A stretch of 64,000 bases of DNA from Gammaproteobacteria bacterium (GTDB lineage: Bacteria > Pseudomonadota > Gammaproteobacteria > JABABF01), in the NCBI GenBank assembly GCA_965237805.1, contig OZ250153.1:1056001-1120000 (forward strand), given 5' to 3'. Below, one piece after another: positions 9,141-22,130 of this stretch. Numbering within the stretch: position 1 is the first letter of the stretch; every line of letters starts with the position of its first letter. The translations under genes were made by a program, and so were the position numbers. The notes below the pieces were generated by a model that saw only the letters and a program-made list of their open reading frames with translations, had not been told where the DNA came from and ran no database searches.

Positions 9141-10103
9141 CTGAACACCGTCTTCGCCGGCACTTCCGCGTTCGGCGCGGCACAGCTGCATGCTCTGTCG
9201 CACGAGATGGCCTGCCGGGTGTGCGCCGTCTACACCCAACCCGACCGTCCGGCGGGGCGCGGCCACTCGTTGCGCACCAGTCCGGTCAAGCGCCTCGCGC
9301 TGGAGCTTGATTTGCCTCTGCTACAGCCACACAGCCTGCGCGATGCCGCGACGCTGGCGACGCTCTCCGCCTTGGAGCCGGAGCTGGTGGTGGTCGCTGC
9401 CTACGGCATGTTGCTGCCTGCCTCGTGGCTGGCGCTACCGCGTCACGGTTGCATCAATGTGCACAGCTCTCTGCTGCCGCGCTGGCGCGGGGCGGCACCA
9501 GTGCAGCGCGCCATCGCCAGCGGCGACAGCTATACCGGCATCACCATCATGCAGATGGATAGTGGCTTGGATACCGGCGACATCCTCAGGCAACGCAACT
9601 GCGCCATCGGTGCCGACGAGACAGCGGGCGAGTTGGAGCGGCGACTCGCTGCCTTGGGGGCCGAGGCTTTGGTCGAAGTGGTGTGCAACTTGGCAGAGGG
9701 GTCGCCGCTGGTGCCGCAGGCGCAAGATGCCCGCCTCAGCTGCCCCGCCCCCAAAATCAGCGTGGCGGAGGCGTGGCTGGACTGGACGCGACCGGCAACA
9801 GAGCTGTCCTGCCAAGTTCGGGCAATGAACCCGGTGCCGGGAGCCCGCTTGCGCACCGGAGAGCAGCAGCTCAAGTTGTGGCGGGCAGAAGCGCTACCAG
9901 AAGAAGCCACCGAGCTACCATCCGGCACCGTGCTGGGTACCGCTGATAGCAGGCGCATCGAGATCGCCTGCGGGCGGGGAGGGCGGCTACGGCTGTTGCA
10001 ACTACAACTGCCCGGTAAGCGTGCGCTGGACGCTGCGGATTTTCTCAACGGCCACGCCCAGCTGCTCCGCCCCGGCCTGCAGCTCGACAGCGGCACTCCA
10101 TGA
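9141..10103 (+). CDS. fmt: methionyl-tRNA formyltransferase (probable CTG start)
   Basis: VFAGT, TQPDRPAGRG, NVHSSLLPRWRGAAP, DTGD; the conserved N-terminus extends upstream of ATG 9207 to CTG 9141. Confidence 0.92.
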   Translation: MNTVFAGTSAFGAAQLHALSHEMACRVCAVYTQPDRPAGRGHSLRTSPVKRLALELDLPLLQPHSLRDAATLATLSALEPELVVVAAYGMLLPASWLALPRHGCINVHSSLLPRWRGAAPVQRAIASGDSYTGITIMQMDSGLDTGDILRQRNCAIGADETAGELERRLAALGAEALVEVVCNLAEGSPLVPQAQDARLSCPAPKISVAEAWLDWTRPATELSCQVRAMNPVPGARLRTGEQQLKLWRAEALPEEATELPSGTVLGTADSRRIEIACGRGGRLRLLQLQLPGKRALDAADFLNGHAQLLRPGLQLDSGTP

Positions 10104-11410
10104 AAGAGGCGCAGGTGGCAGCGGCGATGGCAGTCAGCGATGTGTTGCACCGCGGCATGTCGCTGGATCGGGCACTGGACGCGCGAATGACGGCGCTGCC
10201 CCATAGGCAACACGCCCTGTTGCGCGAGCTGAGCCGCGGCGCGCTGCGCTGGCAGCCCTATCTGCTGGCGATGCTGAAGCGACTGCTGCGTCGACCGCTG
10301 GCGCAACAGGAGCCACGCATCGTCGCCCTGTTATTGGTCGCCAGCTACCAGCTCGATCACTCCAAGCTGCCGCACTACGCGGTGGTGCAACAGGCGGTGG
10401 AGGCCTGCCTGCTGTTGGGACAGAGTTGGGCCAAGTCCATGGTCAACGGCGTGCTGCGCAGCTGGCTACGCCGCGGCGATGCCCTGCGCGGCCAGCTGAG
10501 CTGGCATGAGCGCGACGCGCTGCCCGCCTGGCTGGCCCGGCAGCTGCGCGCCGAGTGGCCATCGCACTACGCGACCATCGCCGAGGCGGCTCAACAACGC
10601 CCACCGCTGGCTTTGCGCGTCAACCGGCTACGCTGTGAACGCCAAGAGTATATGGCACAATTGCAAGATGCGGGCATCGCCTGCCGTCCCTGTGCACTGT
10701 CTCCGTCGGGAATTTGGCTACAAGAGGCGCGACCGCCAATGCAATTGCCGGGCTTCGACGATGGGCTGTTTTGCATACAGGACGAATCGGCACAGCTGGC
10801 GGTACCGTTGCTGCCCGTGCAGGATAGCGCACGGGTGCTTGATGTCTGCGCCGCGCCGGGCGGGAAATCCACCCATCTGCTAGAACTGGCACCACAAATG
10901 GATCAATTGACCATGCTGGATATCAATGAGGATCGCCTGCAGAAGCTGCGGCAAAACTTAAACCGACTCGGCCTGCCAACCAGCGACACGGCCGTGCGCC
11001 TAGTCGCTGGCGACGCCACCCATCCTGAAGACTGGTGGGATCAACAACCCTACGACCATATACTGCTGGATGTGCCCTGCTCAGGCACTGGCGTGATGCG
11101 CCGCCATCCAGACATCAAGTGCTTGCGTCGCGCCGACGACATCGCTCGCTTCGCCACCCTGCAACAGCAGCTACTACACGCACTGTGGCCCTGCCTGCGC
11201 CTAGGCGGTCAATTGCTCTATGTCAGCTGCTCGCTTCTGGAGGAAGAAAACAGCGCGGTGATACGGCGCTTCCTCGCGCAAGAGCCGACGGCGCAAGCCT
11301 GCGAGTTGGCCGTGGACTGGGGCGAGGATCGCGCACCGGGGCGAGCCATCGCGCCGACTCCAACGGGCGGCGACGGCTTTTTCTTCGCCGCATTGCGGCA
11401 TTGGCACTAA
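10100..11410 (+). CDS. rsmB: 16S rRNA m5C967 methyltransferase
   Basis: NusB-like N-terminus; DVCAAPGGKS, DVPCSGTG, DGFFFA. Confidence 0.96.
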   Translation: MKEAQVAAAMAVSDVLHRGMSLDRALDARMTALPHRQHALLRELSRGALRWQPYLLAMLKRLLRRPLAQQEPRIVALLLVASYQLDHSKLPHYAVVQQAVEACLLLGQSWAKSMVNGVLRSWLRRGDALRGQLSWHERDALPAWLARQLRAEWPSHYATIAEAAQQRPPLALRVNRLRCERQEYMAQLQDAGIACRPCALSPSGIWLQEARPPMQLPGFDDGLFCIQDESAQLAVPLLPVQDSARVLDVCAAPGGKSTHLLELAPQMDQLTMLDINEDRLQKLRQNLNRLGLPTSDTAVRLVAGDATHPEDWWDQQPYDHILLDVPCSGTGVMRRHPDIKCLRRADDIARFATLQQQLLHALWPCLRLGGQLLYVSCSLLEEENSAVIRRFLAQEPTAQACELAVDWGEDRAPGRAIAPTPTGGDGFFFAALRHWH

Positions 11411-11424
11411 ACGACGAGCCCCTC

Positions 11425-12807
11425 ATGCGCATCATCATCATCGGCCTCAACCCTGTGGGCGTCGCGCTGGTTCGCCATCTCGCACGGGAAGAGCAAAACG
11501 ACGTCACTTTGGTGTCCAACGATGCCGAGTCGTTGCGCCAATTGCAGTCGCGGGTCGACATCCGCACCGTACACGGCCTGCCCTCGCATCCTCAAGTGCT
11601 GGAACGCGCCGGGGCCGCGGATGCCGACATCCTGATGGCGGTGACGAACAACGATGAGACCAATATGGCCGCCTGCCAAGTGGCGCACAGCTGTTTTGAC
11701 ACACCGACCAAGATTTGCCGCATCCGTTCGCGTGCTTATTTGGAAAATCCGAATCTGTTCGCGCGCAGTGCTGGCGGCGTGCCAGTAGATATCCTGATCC
11801 GACCGGAGCAGATGGTCACCAACGCAATCGGTCGACTACTCCAGCTGCCCGGAGCCTTACAAGTGCTGGATTTCGCCGAGGGGCGGGTGCAGCTAGTCGC
11901 CGTATCTGTCACCGAGGATGCCCCCATCGCTGGCCATCAAATCGGCGAGCTACCCAATCGCATGCCGGGTGTCGAATGCCGTGTAGCGGCGATCTACCGC
12001 CAAAACCATCCACCGTTAATCCCGCACGGAGACACCACGATAGAAATCGGAGACGAGGTGTTTTTTATCGCCGAGAAGCCCAATATCCCCGAAGTGATGC
12101 GCTGCATCAGGCCGATGGATCCAGGCTACAGCAACATCGTCGTCGCCGGTGGCGGCCAAGTGGGCGAACGGCTGATCACCGATATCGAAGCGAACCATCA
12201 TGTCCGCGTCATCGAACAATCAATGGAGCGATGTACCTATCTTTCCGAAGAGCTCAATCGCACCATCGTGTTGCACGGTAATGCGGCCGACAGCGAATTT
12301 CTTCACGACATTGAGATCCAACGCGCCGATGCCTTCTGCGCGCTGACCAATGACGATGCCGCCAACATCATGTCTGCGTTGCTAGCTAAAAACCTCGGTG
12401 TGCGCAAAGTCATCGCACTGGTCAACGACGATGCCTACACAGATCTCGTGCACGGTGGCATGATTGACATCGCGCTGTCGGCGCAGCAATTTACGATCAG
12501 CGAAATATTAGCGCAGGTGCGACAGGGGGATTTCTTGATAGAGCACTCGTTGCGCCGTGGAGCGGCTGAGGCGATCGAACTGGTCGTGCACGGCGATCGG
12601 CGCAGCTCACAAGTCATCGGACGACCACTGGGCGATATCAATCTGACCGGCATGACCATCGGTGCGCTGGTGCGTGGCCAAGAGGTGCTGATCGCGCACA
12701 GCCATACGGTGATCGAAGCCCGCGACCATATCATCTTATTTGTCGTCGACAAAAAATGTATCCCGGAAGTTGAACGCTTGTTCCAAGCGGGCACCAACTT
12801 CTTTTAA
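11425..12807 (+). CDS. trkA: Trk potassium uptake regulatory subunit
   Basis: Two RCK domains; AVTNNDETNM and SLRRGAAEAIE; start MRIIII at 11425. Confidence 0.95.
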   Translation: MRIIIIGLNPVGVALVRHLAREEQNDVTLVSNDAESLRQLQSRVDIRTVHGLPSHPQVLERAGAADADILMAVTNNDETNMAACQVAHSCFDTPTKICRIRSRAYLENPNLFARSAGGVPVDILIRPEQMVTNAIGRLLQLPGALQVLDFAEGRVQLVAVSVTEDAPIAGHQIGELPNRMPGVECRVAAIYRQNHPPLIPHGDTTIEIGDEVFFIAEKPNIPEVMRCIRPMDPGYSNIVVAGGGQVGERLITDIEANHHVRVIEQSMERCTYLSEELNRTIVLHGNAADSEFLHDIEIQRADAFCALTNDDAANIMSALLAKNLGVRKVIALVNDDAYTDLVHGGMIDIALSAQQFTISEILAQVRQGDFLIEHSLRRGAAEAIELVVHGDRRSSQVIGRPLGDINLTGMTIGALVRGQEVLIAHSHTVIEARDHIILFVVDKKCIPEVERLFQAGTNFF

Positions 12808-12837
12808 GCACTGCGATCCAACCGCACGAGCAACGCT

Positions 12838-14295
12838 GTGCACATTTGGCTCGTCGCCCACCACTTCGGTGTGTTGTTGCTACTGTTCAGCTCGGTCTTT
12901 GTGCCGCCCATGCTGTTCGGTATCTGGGAGAGTGGCAATGCATGGCAAAGTTTTGCCACCGCAGGCACCGTCGTTTTCGGTGTCGGACTCGCATTGTGGC
13001 TAAGTACCAGAAGGCTGATCCGCACTAATGTCTACCTGAGCCTGCGGGACAGTTTCCTGCTCACCGTTTTGTTCTGGATTGGGCTCAGCTGCTTCGGCGC
13101 ATTACCATTTATTTTATTAGTAGATTTACAGCTATCCATCACCGATGCCGTTTTTGAATCCTTATCCGGCCTGACAACAACCGGTGCCACCGTGATTGTC
13201 GGTCTGGATCTGTTGCCGCGCTCAATATTGTTCTACCGCAACCTGCTACAGTGGATTGGCGGCATCGGCTTGGTCGTCATCGCCGTCGCGATCCTGCCGC
13301 TACTAAAAATCGGCGGCATGCAGATGTACCGCACCGAAGTACCCGGCCCCACCAAGGATGCCAAACTGACTCCGCGCATTGCCGACACCGCTAAATTCCT
13401 GTTCCTGATTTACTGTGTCTTCACTTTTTTGTGTGCCATCGCCTACCGAATTTGCGGCATGAGCTGGTTCGATGCAGTCTGCCACGCCTTCTCGACCATC
13501 TCCATCGGCGGCTTCTCCACCCACGATGCCAGCTTTGGCTATTTTGACAACCCTCTAATCCTGCTGGTTGGATGTTTCTTCATGGTCGTGGCTGGCATCA
13601 ACTTCTCATTGCATTTCTTCGCATGGAAAAGGAAACGTATAACACGCTATTTGAGTGATATGGAATGTATGACCTTCCTTGGGATTTTGTTGGCCATCGC
13701 CACCATTACCATGACGACGCTGTACTTCCGCAATGTGTTGCCATTGGACAGCAGCATTTTGCACGGTCTGTTTAATTCGATCTCACTGGCTACGACTACA
13801 GGTTTCACCAGCACTCCGATGGCTGGCTGGCCAAATTTCCTGCCAATTTTCTTGCTGATGATGGCCTCCATCGGCGCTTGCTCCGGTTCGACCGGTGGCG
13901 GTATCAAAGTGATCCGCGTACAAATTTTGTTGTTGTTCGCTCTGCGCGAGCTGCGTCAGCTGTTGCACCCCGGATCGGTCTGGGGGCTCACGGTGGGGCG
14001 CCATCCGATCTCCACCCGTATGGCTTTTGGCACATTGAGCTTCTTTGCGGTCTACGCGCTGGCATTCCTTGCCTTATTACTCGCCTTATTGGTCACCGAC
14101 ATGGATTTCTCTTCCAGCGTTTTTGCGGTGATCGCCACCTTAAATAACTTGGGGCCTGGCTGGGGTGTGGTTGCTGAAAATTATCGGGAAATTGACAACG
14201 TGCATAAATGGGTGCTGTGCTTAAGCATGCTCTTAGGGCGTCTGGAGGTATTCACTCTGCTGGTCATTTTAATGCCGGGATTTTGGCGGCGTTGA
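12838..14295 (+). CDS. trkH: Trk potassium uptake membrane protein
   Basis: FESLSGLTTTGAT, STISIGGFS, GSTGGGIK, NNLGPG and MLLGRLE pore motifs. Confidence 0.96.
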   Translation: MHIWLVAHHFGVLLLLFSSVFVPPMLFGIWESGNAWQSFATAGTVVFGVGLALWLSTRRLIRTNVYLSLRDSFLLTVLFWIGLSCFGALPFILLVDLQLSITDAVFESLSGLTTTGATVIVGLDLLPRSILFYRNLLQWIGGIGLVVIAVAILPLLKIGGMQMYRTEVPGPTKDAKLTPRIADTAKFLFLIYCVFTFLCAIAYRICGMSWFDAVCHAFSTISIGGFSTHDASFGYFDNPLILLVGCFFMVVAGINFSLHFFAWKRKRITRYLSDMECMTFLGILLAIATITMTTLYFRNVLPLDSSILHGLFNSISLATTTGFTSTPMAGWPNFLPIFLLMMASIGACSGSTGGGIKVIRVQILLLFALRELRQLLHPGSVWGLTVGRHPISTRMAFGTLSFFAVYALAFLALLLALLVTDMDFSSSVFAVIATLNNLGPGWGVVAENYREIDNVHKWVLCLSMLLGRLEVFTLLVILMPGFWRR

Positions 14296-14438
14296 ATGGC
14301 GTTGCCAAGGCTCAGCATCGTCATTTGCAACTTTAAATCACGGCGGCATTGCGCTTGGGCATGTGTTTAGCGAAGTGAAGGCGGCTCCCCTTGTTATAAT
14401 ACGGGCTTGATCACCAGATCGACAGTAGCGTGTTGAAA

Positions 14439-17400
14439 ATGACTGGGTCACCACAGACTTTTCAAGCGCTGATCGCCTCTCTGCAAGATTTTTGGGCACG
14501 ACAAGGCTGTTGTCTGTTACAGCCTTTCGACATGGAAATGGGGGCCGGCACTTTCCATCCGGCCACTTTTTTGCGAGCACTGGGGCCCGAGCCTTGGCGG
14601 ACAGCCTATGTGCAGGGCTGCCGACGGCCCACCGATGGCCGCTACGGTGCCAATCCAAACCGGCTCCAACACTACTATCAATATCAAGTGCTGCTCAAGC
14701 CAGCGCCAGCGGATATCCAATCGCTCTACCTGCAATCGCTCAGCGCCATCGGCTTGGATCTGCGCCGACACGATGTGCGCTTCGTCGAGGACAACTGGGA
14801 GTCGCCGACACTGGGGGCGTGGGGGCTGGGTTGGGAAGTATGGCTCAACGGCATGGAAATCACCCAGTTCACCTATTTTCAACAGGTGGGCGGGATCGCC
14901 TGCAGCCCGGTCAGCGGCGAGATCAGCTATGGCCTCGAGCGGCTGGCCATGTACTTGCAGGACAAAGACAGCGTCTACGAGCTGTTGTGGAGTGACGGTG
15001 CCGCCGCCAGTGGGCAGGCTGTCCGCTATGGCGAGCTATTCCAGCGCAACGAGCGGGAATTATCGCGCTACAACTTCGAGGAGTCTGATCCCAAAGCGCT
15101 GGTCGCGGCCTTCGACCAGGCCCGATCGGCCTGCCAAGCGCTGGTTGAGCGCGAGCTGCCTGTGCCTGCATACGAGCAGGTACTACGCGCCTCGCATTGC
15201 TTCAATCTACTGGAGGCCCGCGGCACACTCAGCGTCGGCGAACGCCAACGCTACATGCTCAACGTGCGCCAACTGGCGCAAGCGGTTGCACAGTGCTGGT
15301 GCGGCGACGCAGCAACTGAGCAAGCGACGCCAAGCCGCGCTCGCAGCAAGTTGTCTACCGCGCCCAAGCACAGCGCAACCACCGACTTGGCCACCGGTCC
15401 GCACTGCTGTTTAGTGGAATTGGGTTGCGAGGAGCTGCCAGCGCTACAACTGAGGGCAATCAGCGAGGCCTTTGCGGTATCCATGGCCAGCAGTTTGTGT
15501 GAGCTGGGTGTTGGATGCCAAAAAATTGAGCGATTTGCCACGCCACGACGACTCGGCTTGCTGTTGCATGGCCTGCCGGAGCGGGTGCCCCGGCGGGAGA
15601 TTCTGGGGCCACCCGCAGAGCAGCTCCGAGGCGTGGATGGGGAGCCCCTGCCAGCGGCACTCGGCTTCGCACGCAAAAACGCTCGATCCGTTGAAGAGCT
15701 GGTGTTGCGCGACACAGCAAAAGGTAAGCGCCTAGCCCTGCCCGCACCCGGCAGCGAAGAGGAGCTGAGCGAAGTCCTGTGTCAGCGCGTGGAGAACGCT
15801 TTGCTGTGCATGGCGCGTGATTATCCGATCCGCAGCATGCGATGGGATGTTGGGACGGACGATGCCGAGGAATACAGTTTCTCTCGACCTGTGCGGTGGG
15901 CCCTGCTGATGCTGGATGATAAGCCGCTGACAGCTCGCCTGTTCGGCCTCAACGTGGAGCCTCAGAGCTATGGCCACCGCGTGCACGCTCCCAAGCCATT
16001 GCGCTTGAAACGAGCCTCGGACTACGCCAAGACACTCAGAGATGATGGCTATGTGATAGCGGATTTTGACGCAAGGATTGAAGAAATTAGGCACCAAATC
16101 GAGGAAATTACCGTCTCATTTGATACCGCTGCCGAAGCCCGTTTGGAGCGGGATGATGCCGCCCGCCAACTGCTGGAGGAAGTGGCAGCGATCTGCGAGT
16201 GGCCAATGGCTCAACTGTGCCAATTCGAGCCGCGTTTCCTCGACATGCCAGCAGAGCTGCTCCGCATCGTACTGCAGAAGCAGCAACGCTATTTCCCACT
16301 GTGGCACCGGGACAGCGGCGAATTCCTGCCTCAGTTTGTTGTCATCGGCAACTTGGACAGCAACGCCCCAGAGGAAATCGTGGCCGGCAACGAACGGGTG
16401 GTGCGGGCGCGTTTGGAGGACGCGCTGTTCTTCTACCAGAACGACCTGAAAGTCGCGCTCGAACAGCGCCGAGAAGGGCTCAGGGCTCGCGTCTTCCAAG
16501 AGGGCTTGGGCAGCCTGTACGACAAGACCCAAAGGCTGGAATCGCTGGTGGAGCAATTGATGCAACTGGCGGGACAAGAGGGGCCGGAGATTGCGGTGGC
16601 CCAGCGTGCTGCGCGTCTGTGCAAATCGGACTTGGACACCGAGCTGGTGCGTGAATTCCCCGAGCTGCAAGGCATTATCGGTGCCCACTTGCTCGCCCGC
16701 CATACTCTGACTATGGACAATCCAGATAATCAGGTACTAGAAAGCGCAAAGGCCATCCGCGAGCATTACCGATCCCCTTTCTCCGGCACGGTCGTCGGCA
16801 GCTCCTGCGCCAGCCAAGCATTGGCCATTGCCGATCGGCTCGACAGCTTGGTTGGCCATTTTGCCAAGGGCAATCGGCCGAGCGGAAGTGGCGACCCCTT
16901 TGCTTTGCGGCCTGCGGCGTTGGGTGTGCTGGCCAATCTGCTGGCGGACGCCGACTTGGCAGCTAGCCCAGACACACCGCCACCCCGCTGGGCAGAGCTG
17001 GAAATCATGCGCATCTCGACAATTTGTGCCAAGGGCTTTGAAAACAAAATATTCGAAGCTCGCGTCGAGTCAGGGGGCGATGATAGCTGCAGCCATGCCC
17101 TGCCCCTGGTCGAGTTCTTTATAGAGCGCCTGCGCTCTTTCTGTCGCCAAGAGCTCCAAATCGGCTCCGAGTGCTTCAACGCGATCTTGGCCTCCCCGCT
17201 ACACCGCCCCCACATTTACCCAGTGGCCTTTGTCTGCTGCTCAGGTCGCTTGAGCCGCTTCTTAGCAGATCATACCGAGCAGGCAAAAGCAATGGTGGCG
17301 GCGTGGAAACGTGCCACCAAACTGCTCCGCAAGGGGGCGCCACAGCCACTGGGCAAAGAAGCCGCAGACGGCGCGGGCCCCGGTGCGCAGCATTTGCTTG

Positions 17401-17660
17401 ATGCCGTATTGCAATTCCGCAGCGCCCACCCCGTAGCGCCAGGGATTGCGGAGGGCGGGGCCGCAGCCTGGCGCTGGAGCTGCTTGCTGGATCAACGTTT
17501 GGTAGCTCTCGGCGAATTGGCCACTCCGCTGGCCGATTTTATGGACCATACCTTGGTACTCGCTGAGGCTCCCGGCGAGCGTGCAGCCAACCTCTACGCC
17601 CTGCAACAGTTGGAAGGACTGTTCTCCGAAGTGGCCGATTTCTCCCAGCTGAGCCTCTGA
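14439..17660 (+). CDS. glyQS: glycyl-tRNA synthetase, fused alpha and beta subunits
   Basis: GlyQ motifs [40 protein letters not shown], then a linker, then GlyS motifs [40 protein letters not shown]; no stop between them. Confidence 0.93.
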   Translation: MTGSPQTFQALIASLQDFWARQGCCLLQPFDMEMGAGTFHPATFLRALGPEPWRTAYVQGCRRPTDGRYGANPNRLQHYYQYQVLLKPAPADIQSLYLQSLSAIGLDLRRHDVRFVEDNWESPTLGAWGLGWEVWLNGMEITQFTYFQQVGGIACSPVSGEISYGLERLAMYLQDKDSVYELLWSDGAAASGQAVRYGELFQRNERELSRYNFEESDPKALVAAFDQARSACQALVERELPVPAYEQVLRASHCFNLLEARGTLSVGERQRYMLNVRQLAQAVAQCWCGDAATEQATPSRARSKLSTAPKHSATTDLATGPHCCLVELGCEELPALQLRAISEAFAVSMASSLCELGVGCQKIERFATPRRLGLLLHGLPERVPRREILGPPAEQLRGVDGEPLPAALGFARKNARSVEELVLRDTAKGKRLALPAPGSEEELSEVLCQRVENALLCMARDYPIRSMRWDVGTDDAEEYSFSRPVRWALLMLDDKPLTARLFGLNVEPQSYGHRVHAPKPLRLKRASDYAKTLRDDGYVIADFDARIEEIRHQIEEITVSFDTAAEARLERDDAARQLLEEVAAICEWPMAQLCQFEPRFLDMPAELLRIVLQKQQRYFPLWHRDSGEFLPQFVVIGNLDSNAPEEIVAGNERVVRARLEDALFFYQNDLKVALEQRREGLRARVFQEGLGSLYDKTQRLESLVEQLMQLAGQEGPEIAVAQRAARLCKSDLDTELVREFPELQGIIGAHLLARHTLTMDNPDNQVLESAKAIREHYRSPFSGTVVGSSCASQALAIADRLDSLVGHFAKGNRPSGSGDPFALRPAALGVLANLLADADLAASPDTPPPRWAELEIMRISTICAKGFENKIFEARVESGGDDSCSHALPLVEFFIERLRSFCRQELQIGSECFNAILASPLHRPHIYPVAFVCCSGRLSRFLADHTEQAKAMVAAWKRATKLLRKGAPQPLGKEAADGAGPGAQHLLDAVLQFRSAHPVAPGIAEGGAAAWRWSCLLDQRLVALGELATPLADFMDHTLVLAEAPGERAANLYALQQLEGLFSEVADFSQLSL

Positions 17661-17703
17661 GCACGGCACCGCCCACGTCTAGCGACCAAGGCACGCACTT
17701 GAG

Positions 17704-18447
17704 ATGCAAGAATTCCCCTCTCCAATAATCGTGCTGCGCAGCACCGCCTTCTATGTTGCGGCGACTGCTATCACCCTGCCTTGGTTGCCCTTACTGCCAG
17801 CCTGTCTGCTATTGCCTATAGACCACCGACAACGCTTCATGGAGAGCCTTTGGAGCAATGCCCTCTTGGTCGTATTGCGCATCTGTTGCGGCATCCGGCT
17901 ACGGGTGGAGGGACTGGAACACCTGACACGCAACAGCTGCGTCATCATGTGCAATCACCAAAGCCCCCTTGAGACGCTACTGCATATGCACTTCGCCCCG
18001 GGGCATATTATCGCCGTGTTGCTAAAACAGGAGTTGCTCAACATCCCGGTCTTTGGTTGGGCCCTGCGGATAATACACACCGTCGCAATCGACCGCTCCG
18101 AAAAGCGCAAAGCCCTTGAAGATTTGTTGCGCCAAGGGCAACAACACTTGCGGGAGGGGCGGGATATATTGGTGTTCCCCGGCGGCACCCGCTCACCCTA
18201 TGGCCAAAAAGAGCGCTATCTCTTGGGGGGCTTTCGCCTCGCCGAGCAGAGCGGCGTGGCGATACAGCCCATCGCACACAATGCCGGACGCTACTGGCGC
18301 GGCTTTTTTAAGTATCCCGGCGAGGTGCGCGTGCAGATCTGCCCGCCGATCGCACCCCAAGGCAATGCCAATGTGTTGCGCGCTCTAGTCAAAGCACAGA
18401 TTGAGGCGGCGCAGGAAGATTTGGCGCGACTTGAGGCCAGCACCTGA
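17704..18447 (+). CDS. plsC: 1-acyl-sn-glycerol-3-phosphate acyltransferase
   Basis: CNHQS, LKQELLNIPVFGWAL, IDR, FPGGTRS, PIAHNAG; conserved position after glyS. Confidence 0.88.
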   Translation: MQEFPSPIIVLRSTAFYVAATAITLPWLPLLPACLLLPIDHRQRFMESLWSNALLVVLRICCGIRLRVEGLEHLTRNSCVIMCNHQSPLETLLHMHFAPGHIIAVLLKQELLNIPVFGWALRIIHTVAIDRSEKRKALEDLLRQGQQHLREGRDILVFPGGTRSPYGQKERYLLGGFRLAEQSGVAIQPIAHNAGRYWRGFFKYPGEVRVQICPPIAPQGNANVLRALVKAQIEAAQEDLARLEAST

Positions 18448-18524
18448 GCCAACGCCAGCCACCATCACTCTAGGGCACGCAATGCTGTGGGGTGCGCCTG
18501 CTCGCCCCGGGCCAGAACCCCCTA

Positions 18525-18540
18525 TGTTTCACGTGAAACA
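18525..18540. promoter_or_regulatory. parS: parS centromere site (perfect palindrome)
   Basis: TGTTTCACGTGAAACA, the consensus parS, between convergent plsC and gyrB. Confidence 0.92.
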
Positions 18541-18556
18541 GGGGTGACAGGCCGCC

Positions 18557-21016
<2,460 letters not shown>

Positions 21017-21019
21017 CTA

Positions 21020-22123
21020 TCAGGCAGCTCGCCGAGAGAGCTGCCCCTGTTGCAACTGAAAATCGCAGCGCGAATGCTGAGGCAAGAAGGGGTTGAGGTC
21101 ATCCAGCTCGATACAGCTGGCAAAGATTTGGTGCCCACTGTGCTCTAGCAGCTGACACAGGCGTTGCTTGGCATGGCGATCCAATTCGGCAGCCAAATCG
21201 TCCACCAAAAAGATGCAGCGCTTACCGCAACTTTCCAGCAACTGGCGGCCAGCAGCCAATCTCAGGGCAACTGCCAACAGCTTCAGCTGGCCGCTGGACA
21301 ATCGATCCACCGCCGTACTGCCGCGGCAATGGAAGCGCAAATCGGCGCAGTGGGGGCCGTGACGCAAATGGGCCGCTTCCCGATCCTTGGCCCAAGAGTC
21401 CTGCAGATAATCGGCTAAGGATTGGCTGCCGGGCCAGCCACGGAGGTAACGCAGGCTGATGTCGGCATCCAGTAGGCCAGTACACGTCACCGACAAAATG
21501 GCTTCAAATGCCTTCGCCCAACGCGATCGCGCGCCATCCAAAGCCGCTCCGGTCTCAACCAGCTGCTCCGCCCAGCCCGAGCGCTGCGCCTGCGCGCTGG
21601 CTTGGCTAGGTAGCCGCAACAGACGGTTGTATTGTTTCAGGCAGCGGTGATAACGGCGCCATTGCTGTAAAAATGTAGGTTCCATGTGGAACATACACCA
21701 GTCCATGAAGCGCCGCCGATCCATCGGTGCACCGCTGAGCAGGGACGCGGCGCGTGCATTGATCAGCTGTAGCGGCAACTCGGCAACCAAAGCTGCCTTG
21801 GAGCTCGGCATCTCGCCATCGATACGCACAACCGTCTCACCCCGGCGGTGGCGGCTCAGCCCCAAGTGCGTCGCCCCGCGAGCTTCGGCACCGCTTGGCT
21901 GCAATTCCGCCGACACCACGCACTGCTCTGCACCATGCCGGATCACTGGCTGCATACCGCGACCGCGCATCGGTCGACCCAGCCCTAAGAGGTAGATCGC
22001 CTCCAAAACCGAGGTTTTGCCACTGCCATTGGGGCCACAGAGCAAGTTGATGCGCTCTAAGCGATGCATCGACACCGACTGCAGATTGCGCAGATCCCGA
22101 ATCTCCAAATGGTGGAGCAGCAC
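21020..22123 (-). CDS. recF: DNA replication/repair protein RecF
   Basis: GPNGSGKTS, RRRFMDW, GPHCADL, LSSGQLK, LVDDLAAELD; dnaN-recF-gyrB synteny. Confidence 0.96.
   Translation of the reverse strand: MLLHHLEIRDLRNLQSVSMHRLERINLLCGPNGSGKTSVLEAIYLLGLGRPMRGRGMQPVIRHGAEQCVVSAELQPSGAEARGATHLGLSRHRRGETVVRIDGEMPSSKAALVAELPLQLINARAASLLSGAPMDRRRFMDWCMFHMEPTFLQQWRRYHRCLKQYNRLLRLPSQASAQAQRSGWAEQLVETGAALDGARSRWAKAFEAILSVTCTGLLDADISLRYLRGWPGSQSLADYLQDSWAKDREAAHLRHGPHCADLRFHCRGSTAVDRLSSGQLKLLAVALRLAAGRQLLESCGKRCIFLVDDLAAELDRHAKQRLCQLLEHSGHQIFASCIELDDLNPFLPQHSRCDFQLQQGQLSRRAA
21678..21693 (-). promoter_or_regulatory. parS: second, near-consensus parS inside recF
   Basis: Minus strand TGTTCCACATGGAACC (encodes MFHMEP); one mismatch from TGTTCCACGTGGAACC. 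Confidence 0.6.
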
Positions 22124-22130
22124 CTCGGTC

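Noticed and set aside
12838-14340. Lower GC over trkH as a sign of horizontal transfer
   Set aside because: Conserved trkA-trkH synteny; T-rich codons of a membrane protein explain it
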